Positions 1 to 9,006 are shown, counted from the stretch's first letter. The stretch is DNA of 36,916 nucleotides from a virus (IMGVR_UViG_3300005405_000060:1-36916); one strand, 5' to 3'. Numbers and translations are program-made. Notes: generated by a model not told the origin, from the letters alone.

Positions 1-3
1 AAA

Positions 4-111
4 AGTAAAACCCGCAATGCACTGTGTTATCAATGCATTGCGGGTTTCTGGCGGAGAAGGAGGGATTTGAACCCTCGCTGCGCTCATCACGCACTACTCC
101 CTTAGCAGGGG
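4..111. repeat. Left att site: 3' half of tRNA-Ser(GCT) plus downstream hairpin
   Basis: 4-78 identical to 36700-36774 (75 bp) and 94-111 identical to 36790-36807 (18 bp); the 15 bp between them differ. Confidence 0.93.
6..48 (-). terminator. Hairpin terminator downstream of the tRNA 3' end (left copy)
   Basis: Inverted repeat aaacccgcaatgca...tgcattgcgggttt; also present at ~36702-36744. Confidence 0.7.
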
Positions 112-128
112 TAGAATAATCATTGATA

Positions 129-1274
129 TTACTGGATATTCTGCTCGATAGTGGGTAGTGAGGGGGAAATAGGATTTTTTATTTTACGGTTTATTTCTTT
201 CAGCAGCTCTGACATATCCTTATGAATATACCTCTCGGTAGTGCTGAAACGCGTGTGTCGCATGATCTCCTGTATGATGGTTGGAGATATACCGGCCTCG
301 TCGAGAGACGTCGCGGCGCTGTGCCGGCAGCTGTACGGTCTGAGCTCTGGGTTAAGGCCCATAAGCTTAATATAATCGTTAAAAACAGCGTAGAAGTCAT
401 CACGCTTATAAGGCCACAACTTGTCTTTAACTGCATCGCTCAATTGAATAAGCACCGGAACGATAATGTCCGGGAAAAGAATAGGCGTCTCTTTGCGCTT
501 TTTTGTCTTCAGACCGCAGCCGATAATCTGCTGGGTGTCCCAGTCAATCATATTCTTTTTTGCTTTCAGCAGCTCGCCCGGCATCATGCCTGTATGAATC
601 ATCAGCAGCAGGTAGCCAGGGAAAAGGCTGCCTGAGCTTAAATCCTTCCAGAGGCGAACCTGGTCGTTTTTCGAAAACGGAACAGTTTCCTTTTCTTCAA
701 GTTCGGGCAGCTCAATGAACTTGGCAAGGTTCGTCCGGACATTGCCTTGGGCGACGGCACGTTCGTATAAATGCGACAGCAGCTGTTTGACGTCCTTTGC
801 AGTATAATACGATTCGGTATGTTCGTCTACACATGTCTGCAGGTCCTCAATAGTCAGGGCGGAAATGTCGATATAGGCTATATCCTCAAATTTCTTTGAT
901 GCGATGCGGTAGGCGCACTGTTTCGATTTTGAGAGCTTCAGCATGGCGCTGCTGCTCCAAGCGTCATACAAATTAGACAGCGTGGGTGCTTTTTTGCCTG
1001 GCTCGCGCTTCAATGTGGCGATATAATCAAGTGCGTCTTTTTTTGTGCGGAAGCCGCCTTTCCTCCGCCTGATGCGTGCGCGCTGTCCGTCTTTATCTTT
1101 TTTATACCCAAGGGTAATTTCAGCCGTCCACGTCTCGCCGCGTTTGTATGCCGAGCCCTGCCCGTTGCCCCGGAGCTTTTGATGCTGCTCGCGGATTTGC
1201 TTGCGGCCGCACTTTAGGCAGTAGACCGCTTTATCAGGCAGCTCGACGCCGCATTTCTTGTTTATACAATTCAA
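129..1274 (-). CDS. int: Tyrosine recombinase (phage integrase) with N-terminal zinc ribbon
   Basis: N-terminal Cys motifs, arm-binding RRRKGGFRTKKDA, C-terminal PYSCRH...IMRH...TERY catalytic region; next to att; SD aggaggtga. Confidence 0.95.
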   Translation of the reverse strand: MNCINKKCGVELPDKAVYCLKCGRKQIREQHQKLRGNGQGSAYKRGETWTAEITLGYKKDKDGQRARIRRRKGGFRTKKDALDYIATLKREPGKKAPTLSNLYDAWSSSAMLKLSKSKQCAYRIASKKFEDIAYIDISALTIEDLQTCVDEHTESYYTAKDVKQLLSHLYERAVAQGNVRTNLAKFIELPELEEKETVPFSKNDQVRLWKDLSSGSLFPGYLLLMIHTGMMPGELLKAKKNMIDWDTQQIIGCGLKTKKRKETPILFPDIIVPVLIQLSDAVKDKLWPYKRDDFYAVFNDYIKLMGLNPELRPYSCRHSAATSLDEAGISPTIIQEIMRHTRFSTTERYIHKDMSELLKEINRKIKNPISPSLPTIEQNIQ

Positions 1275-1291
1275 GCGGCGTCACCTCCTGC

Positions 1292-1308
1292 GTGTCCAAA
1301 TTGGACAC
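1292..1308. promoter_or_regulatory. 17-bp palindrome GTGTCCAAATTGGACAC, copy 1 of 9
   Basis: Exact 8-1-8 palindrome directly upstream of the integrase RBS; recurs across the prophage. Confidence 0.75.
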
Positions 1309-1539
1309 GATTATTTTAAAATTGGTTTGTTGTGTAAATAATTAGTTGCAACTGTCATAATAGGTAAATAAAGCGAAAATAAGGGTAAATTAGTGCAATA
1401 ACAAGAAAATAGAACAAAAATTACCAGTACGATTTGTTAACTTTCAGTCTATACAAATAGATGTTGAGCATAATATAATAGTGGTGCAGATGAAAGTCTG
1501 TGGTTAAATTAAATTTAACGTATCACCTACCACCACCAC

Positions 1540-1648
1540 AAAGAGGAGAACCCTTGCCTTAAGTAGGGAGCTAAAAAAGAGGAAAACCCTTGCCTTAAGT
1601 AGGGAGCTAAAAAAGAGGAAAACCCTTGCCTTGAGTAGGGAGCTGAAA
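1540..1648 (+). ncRNA. toxI: Type III antitoxin RNA array (ToxI/antiQ-like), three 36-nt repeats
   Basis: ccctt starts at 1551, 1587 and 1623 (36-nt period); each unit has gagg-ccct-cctt-aggg pseudoknot pairing and an A-rich linker; followed by a hairpin and a ToxN-like gene. Confidence 0.9.
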
Positions 1649-1649
1649 A

Positions 1650-1685
1650 GAAGCGGGGCGACGAAAGTTGCCCTGTTTCTTATTA
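1650..1685 (+). terminator. Intrinsic terminator between antitoxin repeats and toxin gene
   Basis: gaagcggggcgac-gaaa-gttgccctgtttc stem-loop then ttatt; standard type III TA layout. Confidence 0.85.
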
Positions 1686-1697
1686 GGGGAGTTTTGT

Positions 1698-2192
1698 GTG
1701 GATAATCTAAGAATTTGCAAAGTGAAAAACGGTTACGTGAAATATCTTAATTCAATTGATAGCAGGGTTCTGCATAACAAAGATCGGCGGCCATATGTAG
1801 GTATAGTTCTTACTATCGGCACTCATCAGTACTTCGTTCCAATGGAATCACCAAAGCCTAACCATCAAAACGTGAAAAGCAATGTTCATATTATGTGGAT
1901 CGAAGGCGGAAAATATGGACTTCTCGGCTTCAATAATATGATACCCGCAAAGCCACATCACTTAGTAGAATTCGATATTGAAAAGGAAACTGATACTACA
2001 TACAAGGAATTGCTGAGAAACCAATTAGCTTTTTTGCGAGCCCACAAAACGGATATATGCGAACATGCTCAAAAAACATACGATAAAGTTACAGTTGAAA
2101 AGGTCCCATTCTTCATTAAAATTTGCTGCGACTTTAATCTGCTTGAGCAGGAGTATACAAAATATTACGTTAAAACGACAATGAATTCTTGA
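1698..2192 (+). CDS. toxN: Type III toxin, ToxN/AbiQ-family endoribonuclease
   Basis: Motifs Y..YL...D.RV, RPYVGIVL, YFVPMESPK, LGFNNMIP, terminal CCDFNLLE; GTG start at 1698 after SD ggggga. Confidence 0.92.
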   Translation: MDNLRICKVKNGYVKYLNSIDSRVLHNKDRRPYVGIVLTIGTHQYFVPMESPKPNHQNVKSNVHIMWIEGGKYGLLGFNNMIPAKPHHLVEFDIEKETDTTYKELLRNQLAFLRAHKTDICEHAQKTYDKVTVEKVPFFIKICCDFNLLEQEYTKYYVKTTMNS

Positions 2193-2208
2193 GCCACATC
2201 CCAAGCAT

Positions 2209-2238
2209 CAGCGCCTCTTTTAATGGGGGCGCTTTTTT
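2209..2238. terminator. Terminator between convergent toxN and lipoprotein genes
   Basis: agcgcctc...gggggcgct stem followed by a T run. Confidence 0.75.
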
Positions 2239-2255
2239 GTGTCCAAATTGGACAC
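2239..2255. promoter_or_regulatory. 17-bp palindrome, copy 2
   Basis: GTGTCCAAATTGGACAC, intergenic. Confidence 0.75.
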
Positions 2256-2257
2256 GG

Positions 2258-2836
2258 TTATGCGGGCAATACTTGGAACATAGTAAGCGAATCGTCTATC
2301 ATGTAGGAATAGCTGTAAAGTGCGCTTGAAGCTATATTTACAGGGTCGGGAGAATCGGAGGTCATATTTAGCGTCGCTATAATGCTTTCAGCCCCGTCTT
2401 TTTCCATTTGATAAATCGACGCAAAACAGGTCACTCCATACCATACCATATCCGAATAACCAATTTTACTTTTGTCAGCAGTAATGAATATTTGAGTCAA
2501 ATTCTTAGATGCAGCGTCTTCGGAAAGAATTAATAAAAATCCCGGTGCCATTTCGTAGGCATATGCATTTATCCCGGCTTCGTCGCTTTCCGGCGTATTG
2601 GGCGTTACCGAAGATATTGTCGTATAATTTTGATTTTTCAAATAAGTGTCTACAGCTGTTATGTACGCTTCTTTTGAAAAGCCTAAAGTAGGTACTGCAC
2701 TAGCTGCTGGGGTAGGTGTCGGTGTTGCAGTCGCCGTCGGGGTCGGTATAGGTGAGGGCGAGGCCGCGGGGGGTGGGGTAGCGCACGCGGAGAGAAGAAT
2801 CAGCAGCATAAGTGCAAATGACCACAATTTTTTCAT
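2258..2836 (-). CDS. Lipoprotein with Pro/Thr-rich linker (possible superinfection exclusion)
   Basis: MKK + hydrophobic stretch + LSAC lipobox; PT repeats; downstream of the repressor in the lysogeny module. Confidence 0.8.
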   Translation of the reverse strand: MKKLWSFALMLLILLSACATPPPAASPSPIPTPTATATPTPTPAASAVPTLGFSKEAYITAVDTYLKNQNYTTISSVTPNTPESDEAGINAYAYEMAPGFLLILSEDAASKNLTQIFITADKSKIGYSDMVWYGVTCFASIYQMEKDGAESIIATLNMTSDSPDPVNIASSALYSYSYMIDDSLTMFQVLPA

Positions 2837-2924
2837 TTCAATACCCCTTGTTATTGTTTATTATGCCAAATAGTGCTAATATATAAAAGCGCAAATATAG
2901 AGAGGCCTCAATGGAGGGAAAGGT

Positions 2925-3122
2925 ATGAGCCCCGCGGAAAACTTCAAACTGGCCGAGAAAATCTCGGTGCTCCCGGATAAGTCGTGTATTACTTCTTATC
3001 TGCGTTATCTCCTTGCCCAGCAGGCCCCGTTTTCTTTGCGTTTTGCCTCTCAGTCTCGAACCGAATATACTCCTTCGCTCGCTCCAGATTCTCCGGATCA
3101 AGCTGATTCAATAGCAACATAG
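2925..3122 (+). CDS. Small hypothetical protein overlapping the repressor 3' end in antisense
   Basis: ATG preceded by ggagggaaagg; no recognisable domain. Confidence 0.35.
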   Translation: MSPAENFKLAEKISVLPDKSCITSYLRYLLAQQAPFSLRFASQSRTEYTPSLAPDSPDQADSIAT

Positions 3123-3408
3123 CCTCAAAGGTCTGGCTGTCGACATTCGCCATCAGTGCCTTAAACCGCTCATCGTCGTTTGACATGGGCGGCTTTTTAT
3201 TTTCGCCCAGAAGGTCGCTTGTCGTGATGCCGAAATAGTCAGCAAGCATTTGCACCTTTGCTACAGACGGAACCTGTCCCTTTGCTAGTTTTGTAATAAA
3301 ATCTTTGCCGGCGCCGCTTTCTGCACAGGCATTGGTAGGCTTCAGCCCTTTTTGCTTACAAATTCTACGAATATTTTCAATTAAAAATGCTGAATCCAAA
3401 GACATCAC
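2989..3408 (-). CDS. CI-like XRE HTH repressor
   Basis: PSVAKVQMLADYFGITTSDLLG motif; divergent from a cro-like gene. Confidence 0.88.
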   Translation of the reverse strand: MMSLDSAFLIENIRRICKQKGLKPTNACAESGAGKDFITKLAKGQVPSVAKVQMLADYFGITTSDLLGENKKPPMSNDDERFKALMANVDSQTFEAMLLLNQLDPENLERAKEYIRFETERQNAKKTGPAGQGDNADKK

Positions 3409-3445
3409 CTGCCATTATTACTAAATTCTTTTTTATATTGTAAGA

Positions 3446-3525
3446 GGATAGGCAATATTGCTAAATATAGCCAATAAGCTAAATAAGCAATTGACAATAG
3501 CCAATTGGGGATTTATAGTATAGCT
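3446..3525. promoter_or_regulatory. Genetic switch: rightward promoter and putative operators
   Basis: TTGACA at 3491-3496 with TATAGT downstream; three TAGSCAAT repeats at ~3449, 3468 and 3498. Confidence 0.55.
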
Positions 3526-3704
3526 ACAAGAGATTTTATCCAGGTAATTTACGCAATGTCTGTCGTAGTGTGTACTATCCGTTAAATATTGCCACAGGCT
3601 ATAAAACAAGATGCAACTTTAAAATCTTTTATTATACTAACAATACTTACTTAGCAAAATATTACCACAAGCTATAAATATAATCAAGAATCGAGGTGAA
3701 ATAA

Positions 3705-3911
3705 TTGAAAAACCTTAGAGCCAGACGGCTGGCGGCGCATATGACGCAGGCTGAACTAGCCGAGAAGCTCAACGTATCGCAGGGCGTAGTCGCCGACTGG
3801 GAGGCAGGGAGAAAATACCCCACCGCAGACAAGCTTCCTGCGCTGGCGAAGACGCTACGCTGCAAAATCGATGACCTGTACGACGAAACCGAAGTAAAGG
3901 AGGCTGTGTAA
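3705..3911 (+). CDS. Cro-like XRE HTH regulator
   Basis: MTQAELAEKLNVSQGVVADWEAG...P...KLPALA; SD gaggtga. Confidence 0.9.
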   Translation: MKNLRARRLAAHMTQAELAEKLNVSQGVVADWEAGRKYPTADKLPALAKTLRCKIDDLYDETEVKEAV

Positions 3912-3912
3912 C

Positions 3913-4296
3913 ATGTCCAAGGTAACAAATAAAGTACTCCCAAGGCTAACGCTCGTGACTGCCGAAACTCTGTGCCGTCGGGAAGTTGGTTCATCAAAGG
4001 GACTGAAGCGCGAAGAGGGCACGCCGGCAACAATCTACATTTACCGGATGCAGCTTGGAACTCTCTGCGTGACAATCGATAACGGCTGGTACGCTCTCAA
4101 CGGCCTATTCCGGATGACAGTCGACTCTGGATACAGCCAGAGTATAACGAGATACTTTAATCCAAATACGCTTGAAGAGGATTTTGCGTTTCTGGATGCG
4201 GAGCGGGAGAGAGCGCGCCGGGAGGAACTTCGGGATTACGTTGGCGCAATCGGGCTTGAGGGCTGCAAAAAGGTTCTTGGACTGGTTGCTGATTGA
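3913..4296 (+). CDS. Hypothetical early protein
   Basis: SD aggagg; tightly packed in the early operon. Confidence 0.7.
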   Translation: MSKVTNKVLPRLTLVTAETLCRREVGSSKGLKREEGTPATIYIYRMQLGTLCVTIDNGWYALNGLFRMTVDSGYSQSITRYFNPNTLEEDFAFLDAERERARREELRDYVGAIGLEGCKKVLGLVAD

Positions 4297-4310
4297 AAGG
4301 AGGCTGTGTA

Positions 4311-4523
4311 ATGTTTGTAATTAAAAGAACGGTTACATACGCGAATGGGACGACATATAGTAATTTCTTCGTCAACAGTTCATTCCTCGGCGAAGAGTTT
4401 TCATCTAAACTCGCGGATGCCCGCAAATTCCCGTCAAGGCGTGAAGCTGAAACGGCAATGTGTTCGCTCAGCACCGCACGAAGAAAGGCCGCGAAGCTGG
4501 TCGTGCTGTCGTTAGCCGCATGA
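4311..4523 (+). CDS. Hypothetical protein
   Basis: SD aaggagg before ATG 4311. Confidence 0.65.
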   Translation: MFVIKRTVTYANGTTYSNFFVNSSFLGEEFSSKLADARKFPSRREAETAMCSLSTARRKAAKLVVLSLAA

Positions 4524-4535
4524 GGGAGGTTGAGT

Positions 4536-4874
4536 ATGTCTAAAATGTCTGATTATTGCCGAGAGATCGAGAGTCTGACCGTGCAAACAGGGCTTTCTAT
4601 GACGTACATTCTCGAACGTCTCGATGCAAATGAAAACGAGCTCGCCGAGATCTGCATGGTCACAGGAATTCCATATAACTACGTCTGCCGAAAGTTTGTG
4701 ACCAGTGGTTTCGATACTACGGCTGTGCAGCCCCAGCTTATTAAATCGGATTATTCAGCAAATAGCAGGACGGCCATGATGGGAACCCTTGCAGACAGAT
4801 TCGTCCGGGGCGAAATGTCCAGGGATGAGTATTTTTCTCGGCTGGGAGAACTAAAAGAGGGGAGGGCGGGATGA
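4536..4874 (+). CDS. Hypothetical protein
   Basis: SD ggagg; stop overlaps next start (ATGA). Confidence 0.65.
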   Translation: MSKMSDYCREIESLTVQTGLSMTYILERLDANENELAEICMVTGIPYNYVCRKFVTSGFDTTAVQPQLIKSDYSANSRTAMMGTLADRFVRGEMSRDEYFSRLGELKEGRAG

Positions 4875-5128
4875 TGACTATCGGCGACGTTGAAATTATT
4901 GACAAGATCATGCTCACCTGTGCCGACGTTGCGCCGCTGCTTGGCTTTGATGCGAACAGCATCAGGCTCCAGGCCCGCGAGGACCCGTCGCTGCTCGGCT
5001 TTCCTGTGGTAGTCGCCGGTACCCGCGTCCAGATTCCAAAGGAAGGCTTTTTGCACTTCATGAGGTACGGCCGCACCGTGATTATCCAACAGGCCGACGA
5101 GCTGCGGTTTGAGGGGAGGGGAGCGTAA
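4871..5128 (+). CDS. Small DNA-binding protein, excisionase-like winged HTH
   Basis: MLTCADVAPLLG...FPVVVAGTRVQIPKEGF pattern. Confidence 0.65.
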   Translation: MMTIGDVEIIDKIMLTCADVAPLLGFDANSIRLQAREDPSLLGFPVVVAGTRVQIPKEGFLHFMRYGRTVIIQQADELRFEGRGA

Positions 5129-5298
5129 TGCCAGCGAAGAAAAAGGCGAAACCCAAGCCCGATGTTTGGATTATCAAATGCGACGGACTGCGTATCGACG
5201 AGGCGCCGACGAAAGCGCAGGCAGTAAGTAAGAAAGATAAGTGGGAGAAGCTTTATCCTCCGCAGTTTAAATTCGAAGTCGCGCTGCTAAGGCTGTGA
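5128..5298 (+). CDS. Small basic hypothetical protein (56 aa, not in ORF track)
   Basis: TAATG coupling; MPAKKKAKPKPDVWIIKCDG... Confidence 0.55.
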   Translation: MPAKKKAKPKPDVWIIKCDGLRIDEAPTKAQAVSKKDKWEKLYPPQFKFEVALLRL

Positions 5299-5353
5299 CC
5301 CGCCTATTTTACCACCGTCTGCAACTATTTTACCCGAAAAGAGGGATAAATCC

Positions 5354-5797
5354 ATGATGCAAAACAGCAAGAATATTTATCAGGCCAGCCGAATGGCAGC
5401 AGGTTATACCCAAGAACGCGCCGCCGAGCTACTTTCGACATCTGTAAGAAGCCTGGCTGCTTTTGAGACCGAAGAACGCATTCCGGACGCTGAAATGGTC
5501 GTCAGGATGGTCGACGTATACGGGACCCAGTTCCTTGCGTATCAGCATCTGCGCGCAACTATGGAAATCGCAAAGGACTTTCTGCCGGAAGTGAACCAGA
5601 CGAACCTTCCGATTGCGGTGCTGCGTCTGCAGAAGGAACTGAATGACGTGATCCGGCTGCGCGATGAGATAACGGAAATTGCCTGCGATGGCAAAGTGTC
5701 TGATATTGAAAGAATGCGCTGGGATGCGATAAAGAGCGAGCTCATCGAGCTTTGTCAGGCAATCTTTGAAATCGACTTCGCTAAGGAGGACGGCTGA
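5354..5797 (+). CDS. XRE HTH transcriptional regulator
   Basis: AGYTQERAAELLSTSVRSLAAFE HTH with helical C-terminus. Confidence 0.85.
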   Translation: MMQNSKNIYQASRMAAGYTQERAAELLSTSVRSLAAFETEERIPDAEMVVRMVDVYGTQFLAYQHLRATMEIAKDFLPEVNQTNLPIAVLRLQKELNDVIRLRDEITEIACDGKVSDIERMRWDAIKSELIELCQAIFEIDFAKEDG

Positions 5798-5923
5798 TGA
5801 AACAGACAAGACGAAAAAAGAGCCGCAACCACTGCAATGGCTACGACTCCGAGACACGCAAACGCGCATCTTATGACCCTTTTAGTGTACACCATATCCG
5901 CTTGAAAATCAAGGGGGTGGTGT

Positions 5924-6661
5924 GTGTTGAGCGATGAAAAATTGATTCCAAACGCAAGTACTCCCGCCTATTACGCGATTATCCCCGCTGTCGTGAGATA
6001 CGACAGTGTTTTGCGCCCCAACGCTAAGCTACTTTACGGAGAAATTTCCGCCCTGGCGTCTGCCGGCGGTTACTGCTACGCTACCAACCGATATTTTGCC
6101 GAACTGTACGGGTTCAACATCAAAACGGTTGGCGCACTGATTCAGAGCCTAGCAAAAGCGGGATACATATATGTCGAGGTTATTCGGGGCCCAAATGGAG
6201 CTGTAGACATGCGAAAAATATGGCTCACAGCTCACACGGCAATGCTTTGCCCCCCTCCCCATCAAAAAACGGATACCCCCCCTTCAAATAATGGGGAGCC
6301 TCCCCATCAAAAAACGGAGAAGAATAATACAAGTATTAATAATAATACCCCTATAGCCCCCAAGATAGCTCCGAAGGTCATTACGGATATGCTGACAGAG
6401 TATGCATCCGGCAATGCCAAGCTGCTCGAAGCGCTGTTTAATTTTGCAGAGATGCGTGCGAAGATACGAGCACCGATCTCAACAGGGGCGACAGTGACGC
6501 TGCTTCTCAATAAGCTGGATAAGCTCTCCGGCGGTTCCGACGCTGTACGGATATCTATGCTAAACGAGGCGACGGAGAAAAACTGGAAGTCTGTGTATGC
6601 GCCCAAGGATGGCATCGCCTCTAAGAAAGTCGTAGAAAGCGAGGATGTACCTTCATGGTGA
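5924..6661 (+). CDS. Phage replication initiator (N-terminal HTH)
   Basis: YYAIIPA.VRYD..L...AKLLYGEI...GYCYATN.YFA motif; internal iterons; upstream of helicase. Confidence 0.88.
   Translation: MLSDEKLIPNASTPAYYAIIPAVVRYDSVLRPNAKLLYGEISALASAGGYCYATNRYFAELYGFNIKTVGALIQSLAKAGYIYVEVIRGPNGAVDMRKIWLTAHTAMLCPPPHQKTDTPPSNNGEPPHQKTEKNNTSINNNTPIAPKIAPKVITDMLTEYASGNAKLLEALFNFAEMRAKIRAPISTGATVTLLLNKLDKLSGGSDAVRISMLNEATEKNWKSVYAPKDGIASKKVVESEDVPSW
6254..6348. repeat. Putative replication origin: iterons plus AT-rich tract
   Basis: cctccccatcaaaaaacgga at 6254-6273 and 6299-6318, a degenerate copy at ~6277-6296, then aataatacaagtattaataataata. Confidence 0.7.
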
Positions 6662-8031
6662 ATCTATTACAGAGGACAGCTGTAGATGAGCGGCACGTCG
6701 AAGCGGAAATGAGCGTTATCGGCAGCATGCTCATCGACAACGAAGTTATTGGAATTGTAATGTCAGAGGTGACTGAGAACGAATTCAGCAACACTTACAA
6801 GACAGTATTTATGGCAATCCGAGAACTGTTCAACGAGAATGTTCCCGTTGATCCAGTGATAGTAAATCACAAATTGGGTGATTGCTATGGGCAGTTCCTT
6901 CTGGAGCTAATGCAGGTAACGCCTACGGCAGCTAATATAAAGCCTTATCTTAGAATTCTCAAAGAGCAGTCCTTGCTCCGAAAAGCGAATGACATAGGTG
7001 CTGAGCTTGCGGACGCGAGAGATGCCGAAGAGGTACGGGAACTGATAGACAAAGCAGGTAGACTGTTTTCAGAGCGTCCCGGCCGCAAGATTATTAATTC
7101 AGCGGAATTGCTTACACTTTTTTATGACAATCAATTTACGAAAGCGGAGTATTTGACATGGGGCTTAGCAAAGCTCGATGAAAATATTTACGCTGAACCC
7201 GGTGATTTTATCGTCATAGGCGGACGCCCGAGCGTTGGCAAAACGGCACTTGCGATTGAGTTTGCACTCCATCAGGCAAAAACAAAAAAGGTAGGTTTTT
7301 TTAGTTTAGAAACTGGACCGCTTAAATTTGCGGATCGAATGGTGAGCCATGACTTCCGGTTGAATCTGCGTAATATTAAACGACACAATCTTAGCAAGGC
7401 AGAGCTCGACAGGGTGCTAACTAATTCTGAAGCGTTCTGCAAGCGGAATATTGAGTTCATCCATGCCAGCGGTATGACAGCAGCTGAAATACAGTCCATA
7501 GCACTGGCGCGAAAATACGACATCATATACGTCGACTATCTGCAAATAGTAAACTCCGGGTTGCCAAAGGCACTCGCAACTGAACAGGTTAGAAATATCA
7601 GCCTTGGGTTGCATACACTTTCGCAGAGCAACGGTATTACGGTTGTTTCGCTTGCACAATTAAAGCGACCGCAGACAAAGGAAGATGCGGAAAGAGCGCC
7701 TGTAATGGGTGACCTTAAGGAATCGGGGCAGATTGAGCAGGACGCTGATATTATCATGTTCCTTTACCTGAAGAATCCGGGTCAAAAAAACGGTCCACGC
7801 TGCCTTAAGGTTGCGAAAAACAAAGAAGGCGAGCTTGGCTCGTTTACGCTTGAATTTGAAGGGCAGTTCCAGACCTTCGGCATGAATGACACTGTATTCG
7901 AAGAAACTGACGATGAAGATGATCCGCCCGAGCAATTTCATATGGAAGCAGTAGAAGAAGGCGAAAAAGACGAGAGTCGCCCCAAGCGCTTTGTCTCGAG
8001 AGACGAAATGTTCAGAGGTAAAAAGAAATGA
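6655..8031 (+). CDS. dnaB: Replicative DNA helicase, DnaB family
   Basis: AEMSVIGSML N-domain, Walker A GGRPSVGKT, VDYLQ, DLKESGQIEQDAD, VAKNKEG. Confidence 0.95.
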   Translation: MVNLLQRTAVDERHVEAEMSVIGSMLIDNEVIGIVMSEVTENEFSNTYKTVFMAIRELFNENVPVDPVIVNHKLGDCYGQFLLELMQVTPTAANIKPYLRILKEQSLLRKANDIGAELADARDAEEVRELIDKAGRLFSERPGRKIINSAELLTLFYDNQFTKAEYLTWGLAKLDENIYAEPGDFIVIGGRPSVGKTALAIEFALHQAKTKKVGFFSLETGPLKFADRMVSHDFRLNLRNIKRHNLSKAELDRVLTNSEAFCKRNIEFIHASGMTAAEIQSIALARKYDIIYVDYLQIVNSGLPKALATEQVRNISLGLHTLSQSNGITVVSLAQLKRPQTKEDAERAPVMGDLKESGQIEQDADIIMFLYLKNPGQKNGPRCLKVAKNKEGELGSFTLEFEGQFQTFGMNDTVFEETDDEDDPPEQFHMEAVEEGEKDESRPKRFVSRDEMFRGKKK

Positions 8032-8276
8032 AAGTAGGCGACAAAGTACCGTCCATAACCATGACAGGGAGTGGCCCCAAGGGGAAACCGGAAACTGTTT
8101 GCGGTATCTGCAGCTACATACATCCCGAGCGCAGATACTACACCCTAGAATTTGATCTCCCTGGTGGTAAGATTCGCGAAAACTATCATTTCACGTACAG
8201 AAGAGGAGAGAGCAATGAAAACAATATCAATCGTAAACCTGAAGGGCGGCGTCGGCAAAACCGTCACGACCGTTAA
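8028..8276 (+). CDS. Hypothetical protein
   Basis: ATGA overlap with helicase stop. Confidence 0.6.
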   Translation: MKVGDKVPSITMTGSGPKGKPETVCGICSYIHPERRYYTLEFDLPGGKIRENYHFTYRRGESNENNINRKPEGRRRQNRHDR

Positions 8277-9006
8277 TATGGCGGCAATCCTTGCCAATCG
8301 ATATAATAAGAAGGTCCTCGTCATTGATGCGGATCCTCAGGCTAATACAACGAGGTTCTATGGGCTTGCGGGGAAAGGGTGCAACTCTTTGGCGAGCATA
8401 CTCTCTGGAACAATGGACTATTACCCTGACGCTGTCTATGGGACGAACAACAACAACATTTCCTGCGTTCCAGCCGATATCAACCTGATTGAGGCTGATA
8501 TCGCCAGTGTTACAACTAATGACGGGAGTATAAAAAGGCTGTCAGATTTTCTGAGCGTAATAGTATGTGACAACGAGTTTGAAGAGGAAAACGGCGGATT
8601 GCCGTATGAATACGTTCTGATCGACTGTCCGCCCAGCTTCACGGCTGCCAGCATCGCGGCGATCGCGGCGAGCGATGAGGTTTTAATCCCAATCAAAATT
8701 GATGCTTTTGCCATTGACGGTATGCGCGAGCTGCTCAAACAAATCGACGGCGTCCGTCAAATTCGTCCGCAAATAAAGGTGGCCGGCGTGCTTGTGACCA
8801 TGTGGCATAATTGCGCGGCTGTTACCCAGGGCGAGGCGTTGTTACGTCAGTCCGGGCTTCCGGTTTTTGAAACGCATATCCGTCGCAGTGATAAGGTTGA
8901 CGAGAGCACATTCGCCCGGCAGGCGCTCGATACATACAGTCCGCATTGCGCGGCAGCTAGGGATTACGGCGACTTCGTTTCCGAGTACCTCATGGAGGTG
9001 CTGTAA
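8215..9006 (+). CDS. parA: ParA/Soj-family ATPase
   Basis: NLKGGVGKT, LVIDADPQAN, VLIDCPP; ATG 8215 after SD aggag. Confidence 0.95.
   Translation: MKTISIVNLKGGVGKTVTTVNMAAILANRYNKKVLVIDADPQANTTRFYGLAGKGCNSLASILSGTMDYYPDAVYGTNNNNISCVPADINLIEADIASVTTNDGSIKRLSDFLSVIVCDNEFEEENGGLPYEYVLIDCPPSFTAASIAAIAASDEVLIPIKIDAFAIDGMRELLKQIDGVRQIRPQIKVAGVLVTMWHNCAAVTQGEALLRQSGLPVFETHIRRSDKVDESTFARQALDTYSPHCAAARDYGDFVSEYLMEVL

Noticed and set aside
49-111. Second functional tRNA at the left end
   Set aside because: Lacks the D-arm and 5' acceptor strand; att remnant
1148-1345. 65-aa plus-strand ORF containing VSKLDT
   Set aside because: Antisense to the integrase start; the peptide only reflects the DNA palindrome
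1540-1648. 36-bp repeats as a CRISPR array
   Set aside because: Repeats are directly tandem with no spacers, no cas genes, and the layout fits type III TA
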